Of a DNA stretch of 64,000 nucleotides, positions 50,710-62,964 are shown piece by piece (position 1 is the first letter of the stretch; every line of letters starts with the position of its first letter). The notes below the pieces were generated by a model. That model ran no database searches, was not told the origin of the DNA, and saw only the letters and a list, made by a program, of their open reading frames with translations. Location of the stretch: NCBI RefSeq assembly GCF_006345805.1, contig NC_042997.1, forward strand, positions 138,198,001 to 138,262,000. Reading direction: 5' to 3'. Position numbers and translations under genes: made by a program. The stretch comes from Octopus sinensis. Lineage: Eukaryota.

Positions 50710-52370
50710 AACCTTACTGCTTATGTGGCAGGACTATATTTTTTTCCAGATGTTTGTACATTGACTCTGCAAGTATTCCAGTCAATAATTTCCACATAAG
50801 TGACAAACAGGATATCGGCCTGTAATTGTCTACTGTATTGCCTTTTTTGATGTTTTTCAGGCACAGCACTGTTCTACCCAATGTCAACCACTCTGGTGTT
50901 ACTTGATCAGCATTTGACAAGATGTTTGAGTTGTGCAGCTATTCATACATGACATTCACCAAATCTTTTGATCCAGTAGTCTTGAACTCCATCTGATCCC
51001 AAGGCTTTCCAGTTGTTCATTTTTTTGCTGATTTCCTTCACTTCCCTAACTGTAATGACTAGTTCTGCCTGTTTTGGAGTACTGTTTGTTTCAGTTCTTG
51101 CAAAACCATTCAGCATCCTTCTTGTGCTCCTTGTCTTTGCTCCAGATGTCACTCCAAAACCTTTGACTTTCAATTTTATCTGGTATTAACTTTTCATCTC
51201 TACACTCTCCATTTATTTCTTTATAGAATCTTTTCTGATCTACCCTGAATAATCTATTCTGCTGGTATCCTTTCATTCTTTGGTTGTATCTTACCAGCTT
51301 TGCTTTCTTTGCAATGAGGCACTGTTTCAGTTCCTCCATTACCACTTTCAGGCCCTTTCTTTCAATAATATACTTCCTTTTCAGTGCCCTGTATTTTTGT
51401 TTGCTTTTAATCTCCCTTTCTCTTTTCGGTCTAACACAGAGATTTCCTTTGAGAACATGTCTAACCCTGCCTGGATTCTTCTTTTCCACCATGGATCTTT
51501 TCTTTTGTCACTCCCATTATGTTTCTTTTTCTTGACATCAACACCCACGTTTTCTGCTACAACAATATCTGTTGCCTTGATCAAATTATTTGTCTCTGTG
51601 ATGTTTGTTCTGATGTATTTCAGAATTTCATTGATAGTTTTTGTTTCTTGATTCAGTTTCCATTGATCAACCTTTTTAAAGTTGCAAATAATGTCGTGAT
51701 CGTTCTCTTGTAGTCTTACCTTTATTCTGTCGTAGATTGTCTTTTGTTCATCTGTCATGTTGCCATTAGTTTTATTGTCTTCTTTTGGATCATCTATATG
51801 TCTCTCATCAAGTAAACTACCACTGCTCCTTTCCTGTGCTATGGGATTACTCTCATTAGTAAGAACTGTATTTTCATTGTTATCTCTGCTGCTATTTTCT
51901 ATAACCCGTCTTTTGATAGCTTTGAGCTCTACTTCTGTGAACCAACAATTTTTCCCTATTACTCTAGCTTGATCACATAGTCTCTGTTCCATGAGTTGAA
52001 ACAATATCTTTTCTCTCCAATGATTATACATACGTTGTCGGTAACCCCTAATTTGAGCACCATTTTCATCTACTGGGCTGCTCAGGTAGTAACACTCCAT
52101 GACCACAGCATTAATTTGCTTGCTTCATCTACGCCATATGTGGTGGTCCCTTTCTGGATATCGACAGGCTGAAGCCAGACCAGAATCTCTTACCCTACCG
52201 GGTGTAACACTATCACCATCATTTGCTTCAGTTTCATTACCACCGTTATTCACAATATTTTGTCTTTTTCATTGTCACTCATGTGAGGTAGCGATTATCA
52301 GGTTGCGAAATTACCAGTATTTTTATTGTGACACCATCACTAGATGGTGTCACTAGAAGCGCCACCAGTT
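50710..52370 (-). mobile_element. R4/Dong-type LINE, 5' portion (N-terminal domain to start of RT), degraded
   Basis: VMECYYLS..GYRQRMY..EQRLCDQAR (R4/Dong-like N-terminus), [34 protein letters not shown]; (AAT)n at the 5' flank. Confidence 0.8.
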
Positions 52371-52939
52371 TCCTTTCATTATTATTATTATCATTATCGC
52401 TGATATCACTGATATCATTGTTTTTATGTGTAGTAGCAGCAGTGGTTGCAGCAATGGCAACAGTAGCAGGGGTTGGGGTAGTGGTAAGGGTGGTAGTTGG
52501 GCCTCAGATTCCTGTGCTACCATAATAGTAGTAGTTGACAGTTTTGCAAAAATATTTCTAACTGAAAATATACATGCATGGCATTGTGATTTTATGCACC
52601 CAACAAAGTATTATTGTTAAGCTGAAACTGTTGCTAATGGAAAACAAATGGAATGGTGAAACTGTTACGTGATGCAGCATGGAATTTTGTCAATAAACAG
52701 GTCTTGGTCTCAAAGCGACAAAAATATTTTGGCAAATTAAATTTAAATGTTGAAGTGAATCTAACGGTTTTTGTGCCTTTTTAAATGGCTCATAAACACC
52801 TTCCATGCCGCAATTCTTTTTGTTTCAGCACACGATCTCAGATCAGGTCACTTGTTATACAAGTACATCTCCATAACTGTTTTTTTGTTTTCTGAAAAAG
52901 CAATGTTTTGGACTTAGACACTTTTGCATAATAGCAATG

Positions 52940-53490
52940 ATATATATGTATTAATTCCTTTCTGGTTTTTAATTGCTAGCGAACCACTCATACTATAATG
53001 TGTTTAATATATCTTAATATATTAATATATCATTGTAATATCTTCTTGTATTGATAACATACACTCTAACTGTTTGAATTTGGTGCTGCCTATCAACAGT
53101 TTCTTTTTCTCATTTACTATTATGAAGCAAACTATCTCTTTAGCCCTGAGTAGTTGGTAGATGCTTCTGAAGAGAAACAAGACCTTATTGGTTAAATTTT
53201 GAAATCATGTGATAAATCCTTGTCCAGCTATTTCTTTTCATGAGTCTATCTCACAAGGGAAAGATCATTTTAGTTTGCTGTGCCCACTTCCCATAAATGT
53301 AATGAGGTTTGTACTATTTGTAGCTTTCAGAGTTAATTTTTAGCAATCGCTGGTGCTATTTTGCATACTTTATTTATTAATTCCTTTTTGGTTTTTAATT
53401 ACTAGCGAGTCACTCATGCTATAATGTAATATATCTTAACATATTAATATACCATTGTAATATCTTCTTGTATTGATTATATATATATAT
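52940..53490. repeat. ~115-bp direct repeats about 425 bp apart
   Basis: tattaattcct.t.tggtttttaatt.ctagcga..cactcat.ctataatgt...cattgtaatatcttcttgtattgat at about 52949 and 53375. Confidence 0.75.
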
Positions 53491-53493
53491 AAG

Positions 53494-53870
53494 TAATATT
53501 CGTAGCCACTTTAACATGACTGTCCATTCGAGTGGACTCTACTACAGTTTTTTAACCCCAAGAGGACATCTCCTCTAGCTGGTTAATGATGCACAGCCGC
53601 ATCCGATAAAATTGTGAGCAGGGGAGTGAACCCCTACCAGCTCTTAGCGACGGGATCAGTAGACCAGTGCTAGTTTCGGGCTATTTCTACCACTCCTCAG
53701 TATAGGATACCTCGTCTGCTAGAGATGATAGCAGCTCACTTCTGCACACAATATATATATTTCAAGCGAACATACAGTCACTGATTTGCAACATGCAAAA
53801 ATACTAGTTCTAAAATCTCTCTAAGAGATCAATGCAGTAGTTGTACTAACAAGTAATATTTGTAGTCACT
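53494..53870 (-). mobile_element. Penelope-like pLTR fragment with degenerate hammerhead (same family as 11957-12300)
   Basis: Homologous flanks; minus strand reads CTGAGGA (53700-53694)..GAAA (53677-53674)..ACTAG-CA-CTGGT-C. Confidence 0.55.
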
Positions 53871-54233
53871 GCTTCGATCAATCCCTAGGGATATCTGAAG
53901 AAGGAATTTTTATATTCTGAAATATATCAGACTATGGATGATTAAATTACACCAGTTATTATAGTGCATTATTGTACCAATCAAAACACATTATTACTAT
54001 ATATCATCATCATCATCATCGTTTAACATCCGCTTTCCATTATTATTATTGATATAAGGAAATTAATATCGAAACTCCTCATAAAGATATACCCGTGTGA
54101 AAATAGTTATTGTATTAAATATATAAATAAATAAATATAAATATATATCAAAATATATGTAAATGCGTATAAGTATAAATATAATGTATAGATATATTTG
54201 ATAACTTAAAAGTTTTGAATTAATTATTTAAAG

Positions 54234-54324
54234 CATCTTACGATCTTTCACAGAAGAGTTGTCCCTATAATGAAATCCTAAATTGATAAGCATTTATAGA
54301 CAATGCTTCTGCTCTTCAGAGATA
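54234..54324 (-). ncRNA. Type I hammerhead motif, one base missing in stem III
   Basis: Stem I atct/agat; CTGAAGA; stem II gcagaag/cttctgt; GAAA-gatc-GTA versus GAAACGATCGTA at 62727. Confidence 0.55.
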
Positions 54325-54457
54325 TAAAATATGAATATTGTATAACATATCGAATGATAGGTTTTTTTTTTAAAGTTTGAAGTAAAACTGTAAAATGGTG
54401 TTTGTTTGAAATATAAATTCAAAATTCAAAATTACTACTTTTGATGAGAGTCTTGTT

Positions 54458-54498
<41 letters not shown>

Positions 54499-54549
54499 TA
54501 TATATATAACATACATACATACAAAGAAAGAATATAATTTAAATTAAGT

Positions 54550-54632
54550 TTCACTACAGCTGTTTCAGATGTGGATTTTATTGATGAATAAACTGATTAC
54601 ACTGTAAAAAAACCCTGTTTTCTTCAGGTGAA
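54550..54632 (-). ncRNA. Type I hammerhead motif (core, stem I and palindromic stem III intact; stem II base degenerate)
   Basis: ttcac/gtgaa stem I; CTGAAGA; GAAA; ACAGCTGT palindrome; GTA triplet. Confidence 0.6.
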
Positions 54633-55176
54633 TTAAAATGAAACTGCATACTGACTTGCATGTGTATATAATTTCATATACATCTATATTTATATGGATG
54701 TGTATGTTGAATTTTTCTTATGCATATATATGTAAGTGTTGAGACATATCCGTGTATGTGTGAGCTTCTGTATACAGTCTATTCATGGCTATGCTAATTG
54801 TGCCACTAACTTGGTGTCCTTGTTTTTAAAATACCTTGATCCAAATAAATCCTACAATCAATTAATATATATAGATATACACATAATTAATATATATACT
54901 CACACGCATGCACATGCATATACATACTCATAAATATATATATCCAGTAATTTTTTACTAGTTTCATCTTGCCTCTTTGTTTTCTCTCCGTGTTGATATA
55001 TGGACAATTAAGGTAGTTTTAGAGTCAGATCATGGCTGCAATTTTCAGCATGGTGGTATCTCATAGATACCCTAATTTATAATTTTAATAATTATTACCT
55101 TTGAAGGTTATTTTTTCCATGCTGACCACTTGATAAAATCGTTATTTATTTTTAGATTAACGATCTTATCCTTATT

Positions 55177-55600
<424 letters not shown>

Positions 55601-56311
55601 ACATATACATATGTATGCATATATGTGTACAGGTGTGTGAGTGTGAGTGTGTGTATGTGGGTGTGTGTATGGAGAGAGAGAGAGAGAGGAGTGTGAGAGA
55701 GCTGGAGTACAGAGTGAATCTCTAAACAAACAGGCAAACAGATCCTTATAACAACACACACACACACACACTTATAGAACAGTGTTTGACCTTTTATTTT
55801 AAAACAATACTGTCATACTGTGCTGATTTTAGACACAATGTCAGAACAAATAAAATGATAAAAACAAAACTGCCACACCAAGCCTATCTATTGACTAGGA
55901 GGAAAACTAGATGACTGTATTGCATGCTAATATACGAAATGGTTATGATATATCTGAACAATGTAAGACGTGTTTGTTGGACAGAATAAAGAAGATAGTT
56001 TAGGCTTGCGTTTCTTAAGTTCTTATAATGAATCAATAGAAAGTACTGAACTATTTATGTCAAGATTAAGTCGATGGTAACAGCAAAATGTTCAAGTGGA
56101 TAATGTAATAGATTAGATGGAACATCAGATTATAGGTCATATGTAGATATCTCCTGTATTATGTCTCTGAGTAAGTAAGTTACTTAATGGCTGTCAGAAA
56201 TATGTCCTAGATGTTTTAAGGGTTTAATTTTCTTGCAAGCAGGACATCATCACAAACAGGAATATTATATATGAAAGAAACAAGTCTGAGAAATAACTTA
56301 ACTTCACCATA

Positions 56312-56353
<42 letters not shown>

Positions 56354-56580
56354 CATACAAGCCCTAACAAGAGACTGTTATTTCAGTGTAAATGTGTAAA
56401 TGTTCAAACAAAGGTTTTATACATAGAGTATGCTAGGTGTGTGAAACACACCCAAATACATATGTGCATATGTTAAGCAAATGCACAAACACACAAATAA
56501 GGATTTAATGAACTGAATTTTTGTAGGTGAAAACATGGCTGTGTGGTTAAGAAAGCTTCATTAAGTTTTATTAAATATAT

Positions 56581-56770
56581 AGGCGTAGGAGTGGCTGTAG
56601 CTTGTGGTAAGTAGCTTGCTTACAAACCACATGGTTCCAGATCCAGTCCTATGGCATGGCACCTTGGGCAAGTGTCTTCTACTATAGCCTCGGGCCGACC
56701 AAAGCCTTGTGAGAGGATTTGGTAGACAGAAACTGAAAGAAGCCCATCGTATATATGTATATATATATAA
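56581..56770 (+). mobile_element. Family-A SINE, 5' half
   Basis: Close match to 13108-13290. Confidence 0.8.
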
Positions 56771-56784
56771 AGTTAATCCAAACA

Positions 56785-56985
56785 TGAAAACACAAAGAGA
56801 AAGCACAACAACGCGAGGACGTGGAACAAGTATAGTATTATTGGACGCTCAGGAAAGAAGGAAAGAAGGAGGGTTAAACATTTCGAGCGGAGCTCTTCGT
56901 CAGAAACATAGGAAAAGGAAAGATCCAAAGAAGGGAAGACAGAGGAAAAAAAATTGCCAACGGTACACACGCGGTCACATTTTGA
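56785..56985 (-). mobile_element. Short pLTR-like repeat with a degenerate minimal hammerhead
   Basis: Minus strand gtttCTGACGAagagctccgctcGAAAtgtttaacc at about 56872-56908. Confidence 0.5.
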
Positions 56986-57103
56986 TTTTGAATATATATA
57001 TATACATATATATATGTGTATATGTGTATATACGCACATACACAAACACACACGCGCACACACACACACACACGTGCACACACACACACACACGCGCACA
57101 CAC

Positions 57104-57147
<44 letters not shown>

Positions 57148-57164
57148 CAAAAGTAAATAGACAC

Positions 57165-58080
57165 TCTTATAATCATTAAAATTTATTTAAATCTGAAATT
57201 ATACAATCAAATTATTTATTAATTGTTATAATGTGAATATTTAATATTTAGTAGACATGCCCTTTGCATTTTTCAATGCAAGGACCCTATTAGGCGTGTT
57301 ACTGATCTGATTTTGCAGATTTTCTTGCCAAGTTTCATGCAGTAATCCCAAAAGATCTGGCTTTGAAGATGTTTTCTTGTTCTTTTTATGAAGTGTCCTG
57401 TCCATTATGTCCCAGAGGTCTTCAATAGGGTTCAATGCCATTCTCATCCAACAAATTTTGGGTCATTTGCCACGTAACAAGGAGCCCCATCTTCCATAAA
57501 TAAAGAGTTTTCTTTAATCATTTCACCACTGGAGAAGATTGGAAGGAGTCCTTTCTGCAATATGGACACATATTTATCTGAGTTTATGTTTCCCTCACAC
57601 TCCACCAGCTCTGATCAACCATTGCTCCAAATTGCTCTTCAGACGACCATCACAGAATTGCTGCCATGTTTCATTGTTGGCTGTAATCTTTCCTCATCAA
57701 ATTCTTGATCACTGAGTCTCCAGACCCACACTTGACCACTGTCAGGAAATACAGAAAATCTGGACTCACCAGAGAATAAATATGACAGTGTCCCAAAATG
57801 CTAGTGGCCTCTCCACCATCTCACAGGCCCAATCTTTTCTCTGTTTGTTGTTGGCTGGTTGAAGAAGTGGCTTCCTTCTTGCTGCTCTGCCATAGTAACC
57901 AAGTTTGTGGAGATACCTGACAGCTGTTCCGGGACTGACATCAACTTGTTCTGCTATGTCAGATGTCTTGCAATGAGGATTATCCTCCACACTTCTCTTA
58001 AAAACGAAAAGGGTCCTATCAGAGGGTCCTGATTGATCTGGGTGAGGTGATGTGGTCTCCTTCCCCTCTCTGGTGAATTG
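57165..58080 (-). mobile_element. Degraded Tc1-like transposase remnant
   Basis: LGYYGRAARRKPLL (HTH_Tnp_Tc3-like) and LNPIEDLWDIMDR..RVLALKNAKGMSTKY; TIRs not resolved. Confidence 0.75.
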
Positions 58081-59017
58081 CACAATCACTATTAATTGTA
58101 GAAAGACATGCATACATGAATACACATACTATACACACATATACGTGCACACACACACACGTGCGTGCACACACATATATGAATGCATGTGTGTATGTAT
58201 TGATTTAGTTATTTGGTTATATGTAAGTCTCATTCCTTCTTAATCATAAATGGGGGTTGGGGTGGATGAATGTTTAATTACAGAAAACAAAATATCCTAG
58301 TTTCAATAATTCGCAAAGATAATTAATTATATCCCCTAATGAAATCTATTTTAATCTTATATCCAGTTTTATTAGAGAGAGGGAAATGGATTTACCAAGG
58401 GATTAGAGATGAGTACTACGTATGTATGTGTGTGCATATGTGAATATGTATGTGCGTGATTTTGGTGCATGTGTGTCTGGCATATGTATATACACAAGCG
58501 TAATACACACACAAGCGTAATACACACATATATAAATGTGTGTGTTTATTGTGAGCCAGTGTATGTATAAGTGTGTGTGTGCGTATGTGCCCGTATGCAT
58601 GTATGTGTTTGTGTGTGTGTGTTTGCATATACATATACACATACATATAAATTTGTGGGTGTCTACATATATGTTTACATACACAAATAAAGACTCACTT
58701 ATACATGTATGTTAGAGACATCTATTAAAACTGAATTTGAGAAACGACAACATCCATATAGATAATCTTTGAAAGTCCTTTGAATATGATCAATGCAACT
58801 AAAGTGTGAGTATATAACTATATTCACACATGTGCGCGCACACACACACACACATATGTATGTATATTTAAGCTACAGATATTTTTCAGAGGAAGCAACA
58901 ATAACTTGTTTTTGTGGTTAAGAACAAACAGCCTCCCCCAAAATTTCATTTGACTTGTACTTATTTCATTAGCTCTAAAAGATTGAAAGGGAAAGTCAGC
59001 CTCAACAAAATAATAAT

Positions 59018-59796
59018 CATCATCATCATCATCATCATTTAGCGTCCGCTTTCCATGCTAGCATGGGTTGGATGGTTCAACTGGGGTCTGTGAAGCCAGA
59101 AGGCTGCATCAGGCCTAGTCTGATCTGGCAGTGTTTCTACGGCTGGATGCCCTTCCTAACGCCAACCACTCTGTGAGTGTAGTGGGTGCTTTTTACATGC
59201 CACCCGCACAGGTGCCAGACGGAGCTGGCAAACGGCCACGGATAGATGGTGCTTTTTACGTGCCACTGGCATGAGGCCAGTCTGGGTGGCGCTGGCAACG
59301 GCCACGAACAGATGGTGCTTTTTATGTGCTACTGGCCCGAGGCCAGTCGGGGCGGCGCTGGCAACAGCCACATTCGGATGGTTCTCTTATGTGCCACCGG
59401 CACTGGTAACTCAGCTGCAATTTCCATTGATCAATTTCGATTCTGATTCTAACTTGCCTCAACAGGTCTTCACAAGTAGAGTTTTGTGTCCCAAGAAGAG
59501 AAGGTATGCATAAGTGGGCTGGCTACATCCCATGTAGAAGTCTCACTTGTCCTGCCGGGTCTTCTTGCGCACAGCATACTTCCAGAGGTCTCGGTCTCTA
59601 GCCATTTCCTCAGTGAGACCTAAAGTTCGAAGGTCGTGCTTCACCACCTCGTCCCAGGTTTTCCTGGGTCTGCCTCTTCCACAGGTTCCCTCAACCGCTA
59701 TGGTGTGGCATTTTTTCACACAACTATCTTCATCCATTCTTGCCACATGCCCATACCAGCGCAAACGCGTCTCTCTTGCACACCACATCTGATGCT

Positions 59797-59797
<1 letters not shown>
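59018..59797 (-). mobile_element. 5'-truncated RTE-clade LINE, copy 3 (short 3' UTR)
   Basis: ORF 59543-59788 RLRWYGHV..GRGRPRKTW..KYAVRKKTRQDK; 3' UTR modules; (TGA)n tail. Confidence 0.9.
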
Positions 59798-59871
<74 letters not shown>

Positions 59872-59874
<3 letters not shown>

Positions 59875-60085
59875 GTCCTTTCTACTAAAGGCATAAGTTC
59901 AGAAATTTTGGGGGAGGGAACTAGCTGACTACGTCGACACAGTGTTTCACTGGAACTTAATTTATTAACTCTGAAAGGATGAAAGCAAAGTTGACCCTGG
60001 CAGGATTTGAACTCAGAACATGAAAATGGATTAAATGCTACTAAGCATTTTGCCTGTTGTGCTAACAATTCTGCCAGCTTGCTGC
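59872..60085 (-). mobile_element. SINE, (att)n-tailed family
   Basis: Reverse complement of 31995-32195. Confidence 0.7.
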
Positions 60086-60096
60086 ATTAGTAATAA

Positions 60097-60194
<98 letters not shown>

Positions 60195-60195
<1 letters not shown>

Positions 60196-62298
60196 GATTG
60201 CTGTGCAACTGGATGACTGCCTGCAGCAAGGTCACATCCCTGCCTGGATGACAAGTGGACAAATGCTACCATGTCTCAAGGATCCCTTGAAAGGAAACTT
60301 GGCATCAAAATTTTTACCTATAACCTACCTAGATGGAAGAGTTATACAACCATCTGGAAAGTAACAATCTACTTCCAGAAGAACAAAATGGATACAGGAA
60401 ACAAAGTAGGATAACAAAATATCACTTTTAGTTGATAAAATAATAATTTAAAATTATAGATGCAGATTGACAGGACTGAATGTAGCATGGCTAGATTACA
60501 AAAAAAACGCATATGACATGGTACCATACAGATAGATAAGTAAAACAATGAGCATGTTTGGAATAGTAAAAAATATGGAAAAAATGCTTAATGAAAGTAT
60601 GAAACATTGGAATACTGAATTGATCAAAGGAAAACAATAACTTGGAAAAGTGAACATCAGATTACTATTCATATTGGCCATGACTCTATTCACTATGATA
60701 CTATGAAAAGTTAAAATGGCTTATGATTTGGGAAAAGAAAATCGTCAGATAAATCATCTCCTTTTCATGGAATGATTTAAAGGTTTATGTACAAAATGAG
60801 AAACAGCTTGAAAGTCTTGTACATACTATCCACTTTTTCTCAAATGACATAGGTATGGAATTTAGGATAGAAAAGTGTGCTATATTGAAAATGAAATGAA
60901 GATTTGAAAGAAACCATGGAATTGAAATGCCAAATGCGCAAACAATGAGAGCAGTTGAGAAAGAACAGTGGTATAAGTACTTGGGAATACTGGGAGAAGA
61001 CAGGATATAAAAGGAAAAAATTAAACAAATTCCAGTAGAGAGTACACAAGGAGAGTAAGAAAATCATTACAGTTAATGCTGAATTCTAAAAATCATTTTG
61101 AAGCAGTAAATTCAAGAGTAGTACCCTTAATCAGATATGGAATTGGAATAATAGACTGGACCAGAAACGATATAGAGAAACTTGACAGAAAAACTAGTAA
61201 GTTGTTGATGATGTATGATGTATCTGAAAGCTGATATCAGCTGGTTGTATTTGAGGAGAGAACAGGGTGGAAGAGGTTTAATTGTAGTAGAAGAATGTGT
61301 ACAGATGGGAAAAAAATTGTCTAGTTGAGTATTTACAGAGCAGCACAGAACAAATACTAAAGACAGTTAATAAAGAACAAGTGATTGGAGGAAAGGACAA
61401 GAATGAAATGCAAAGAGAGCATGTCAGACAGATTGAAGAGAAACCTCTGCATGGCCATTTTAGAGAGCCACTGAAGAGGTGTGTGGATCAAAATCCTGGG
61501 CTTAGTTAAAAAAGGAGCAATTAAAAAAAAGAAACAGAGAGCCTAATTGTAGCAGCAAGATCAAGCGATAAAAACAAACAACTAAAAAAAAATATATATG
61601 GAGAAAATGTGTCAGAAAAATGTAGAACCTGTAGAACTCGAAATGCGACAGTGGCACACATTGTGAAAGAATGCCCCAAGTTGGCACAGGAAGAATTTAA
61701 GAAATGGAGGCATGACCAGATTGTAAAAGCTATACACTGGAATCTGTGCCAGAAATGGGGATTTGAAGCTGGAAGCACATGATACAATTGAGTTGAAAGA
61801 GTATTGGAGTCAGAAAAATGTAAGATTTTGTGGGACTTTCCTATTCAAATGGACAAGAAGTTAGAAAACAATAGGCCAGACATAACAATTATTGATAAGT
61901 TACTTATTTATCAACCCATCATGCCTGTTTGATTCCAGGATTGTAAAGAAAGAGGAAGAAAAACAAAATAAATACAATCCCTTAAAATTTGAAATAGGAA
62001 GAATTTCCAGCATGTGAACAGTAAAGGTTGTGTCTATAATGATTAGTGCATGGGAACAGTAAGCAAAGATATAGACAAATGGCTGAAGGAGATTGGAATA
62101 GAATGCCCAGTAGAGCTCCTACAGAAAGTCTGTCTCTTAGGGACAGCAATGATTATCAGGAGGGTTCTAAGCACTTGAAAGACTACTGAAAACTTGTGGA
62201 TACCTAAGGTTTCAGGTAGTAACCTGCTACCCACATAAATCCTATCAGGAATAAGACCAAACCTGAAAAAAATCAAAATAATAATAATAATAATAATA

Positions 62299-62332
<34 letters not shown>
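60195..62332 (+). mobile_element. 5'-truncated, degraded R4/Dong-type LINE (RT, CCHC knuckle, RLE endonuclease) with (AAT)n tail
   Basis: Remnants GMEFRIEKCA, YKYLGI, GGRGL, KPLHGHF, CRTCR..VAHIVKEC, RHDQIV, ILWDFPIQ, NRPDI; tail at 62278-62332. Confidence 0.85.
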
Positions 62333-62334
<2 letters not shown>

Positions 62335-62506
62335 CCAGTGGCCGAAATAGCAGTAGTAGCAGTGACTGTTGGTCGTAGTAGTTGTGACCGTGGTGGTGGT
62401 GGTTGGAATTGTAGCAGTTCATTGGCTGTAGTAGTAGCAGCAGCAGTGGATGTATAAATATATATATATATATAAATAGGAAAAAAGCAACAAGAATGGA
62501 TTAAAA

Positions 62507-62594
62507 TCTCGGTACGATCGTTTCGTACGAGGACATCTTTAATAAGCTACAAAAAATGCAGTGAATACAGATGGCTCATACTCGTCAGCCGAAA
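62507..62594 (-). ncRNA. Mirror-image type I hammerhead ribozyme
   Basis: Left arm of the inverted repeat; the single arm difference (62588) changes a stem II C-G pair to U-G. Confidence 0.75.
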
Positions 62595-62656
62595 AAACAT
62601 CAGAGAATTCCCAAACATCAAAAGAGGTAGATATGTTTGGGAATTCTCTGATGTTT

Positions 62657-62744
62657 TTTCGGCTGACGAGTACGAGCCATCTGTATTCACTGCATTTTTT
62701 GTAGCTTATTAAAGATGTCCTCGTACGAAACGATCGTACCGAGA
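62657..62744 (+). ncRNA. Type I hammerhead ribozyme, complete core
   Basis: Stem I tttcgg/ccgaga; CTGACGA 62663-62669; stem II gtacgag/ctcgtac (7 bp); GAAA 62727-62730; palindromic stem III ACGATCGT; GTA, predicted cleavage after 62738. Confidence 0.8.
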
Positions 62745-62891
62745 TTTTAATCCATTCTTGTTGCTTTTTTCCTATTTGTAATCACCCCACTTGTCGTATG
62801 GTTAACACCATATAGATTTCCGGTGCATCCTAGTTAAGGACCATATTCATGTGAATTCTTTAGAATTCACTTGAATCTCAATTACTTAACC

Positions 62892-62964
<73 letters not shown>

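Larger units (their letters stand above)
62474..62777. repeat. Inverted repeat, 145-bp arms (one mismatch), 14-nt spacer; inverted Penelope-like pLTR pair
   Basis: Arms at 62474-62618 and 62633-62777; the right arm continues to about 62892; (TA)n on both outer flanks. Confidence 0.9.

Noticed and set aside
52260-52375. HDV-like ribozyme at the 5' end of the R4/Dong fragment
   Set aside because: A possible P1 (ggtggcg/cgctacc) and P3 (ggt/acc) exist, but P3 is not adjacent to P1, and there is no P1.1 GG or convincing P2. Testing would need a family consensus.
54045-54090. Additional hammerhead near cgaaac at 54070
   Set aside because: No CUGANGA core and no closable stems.
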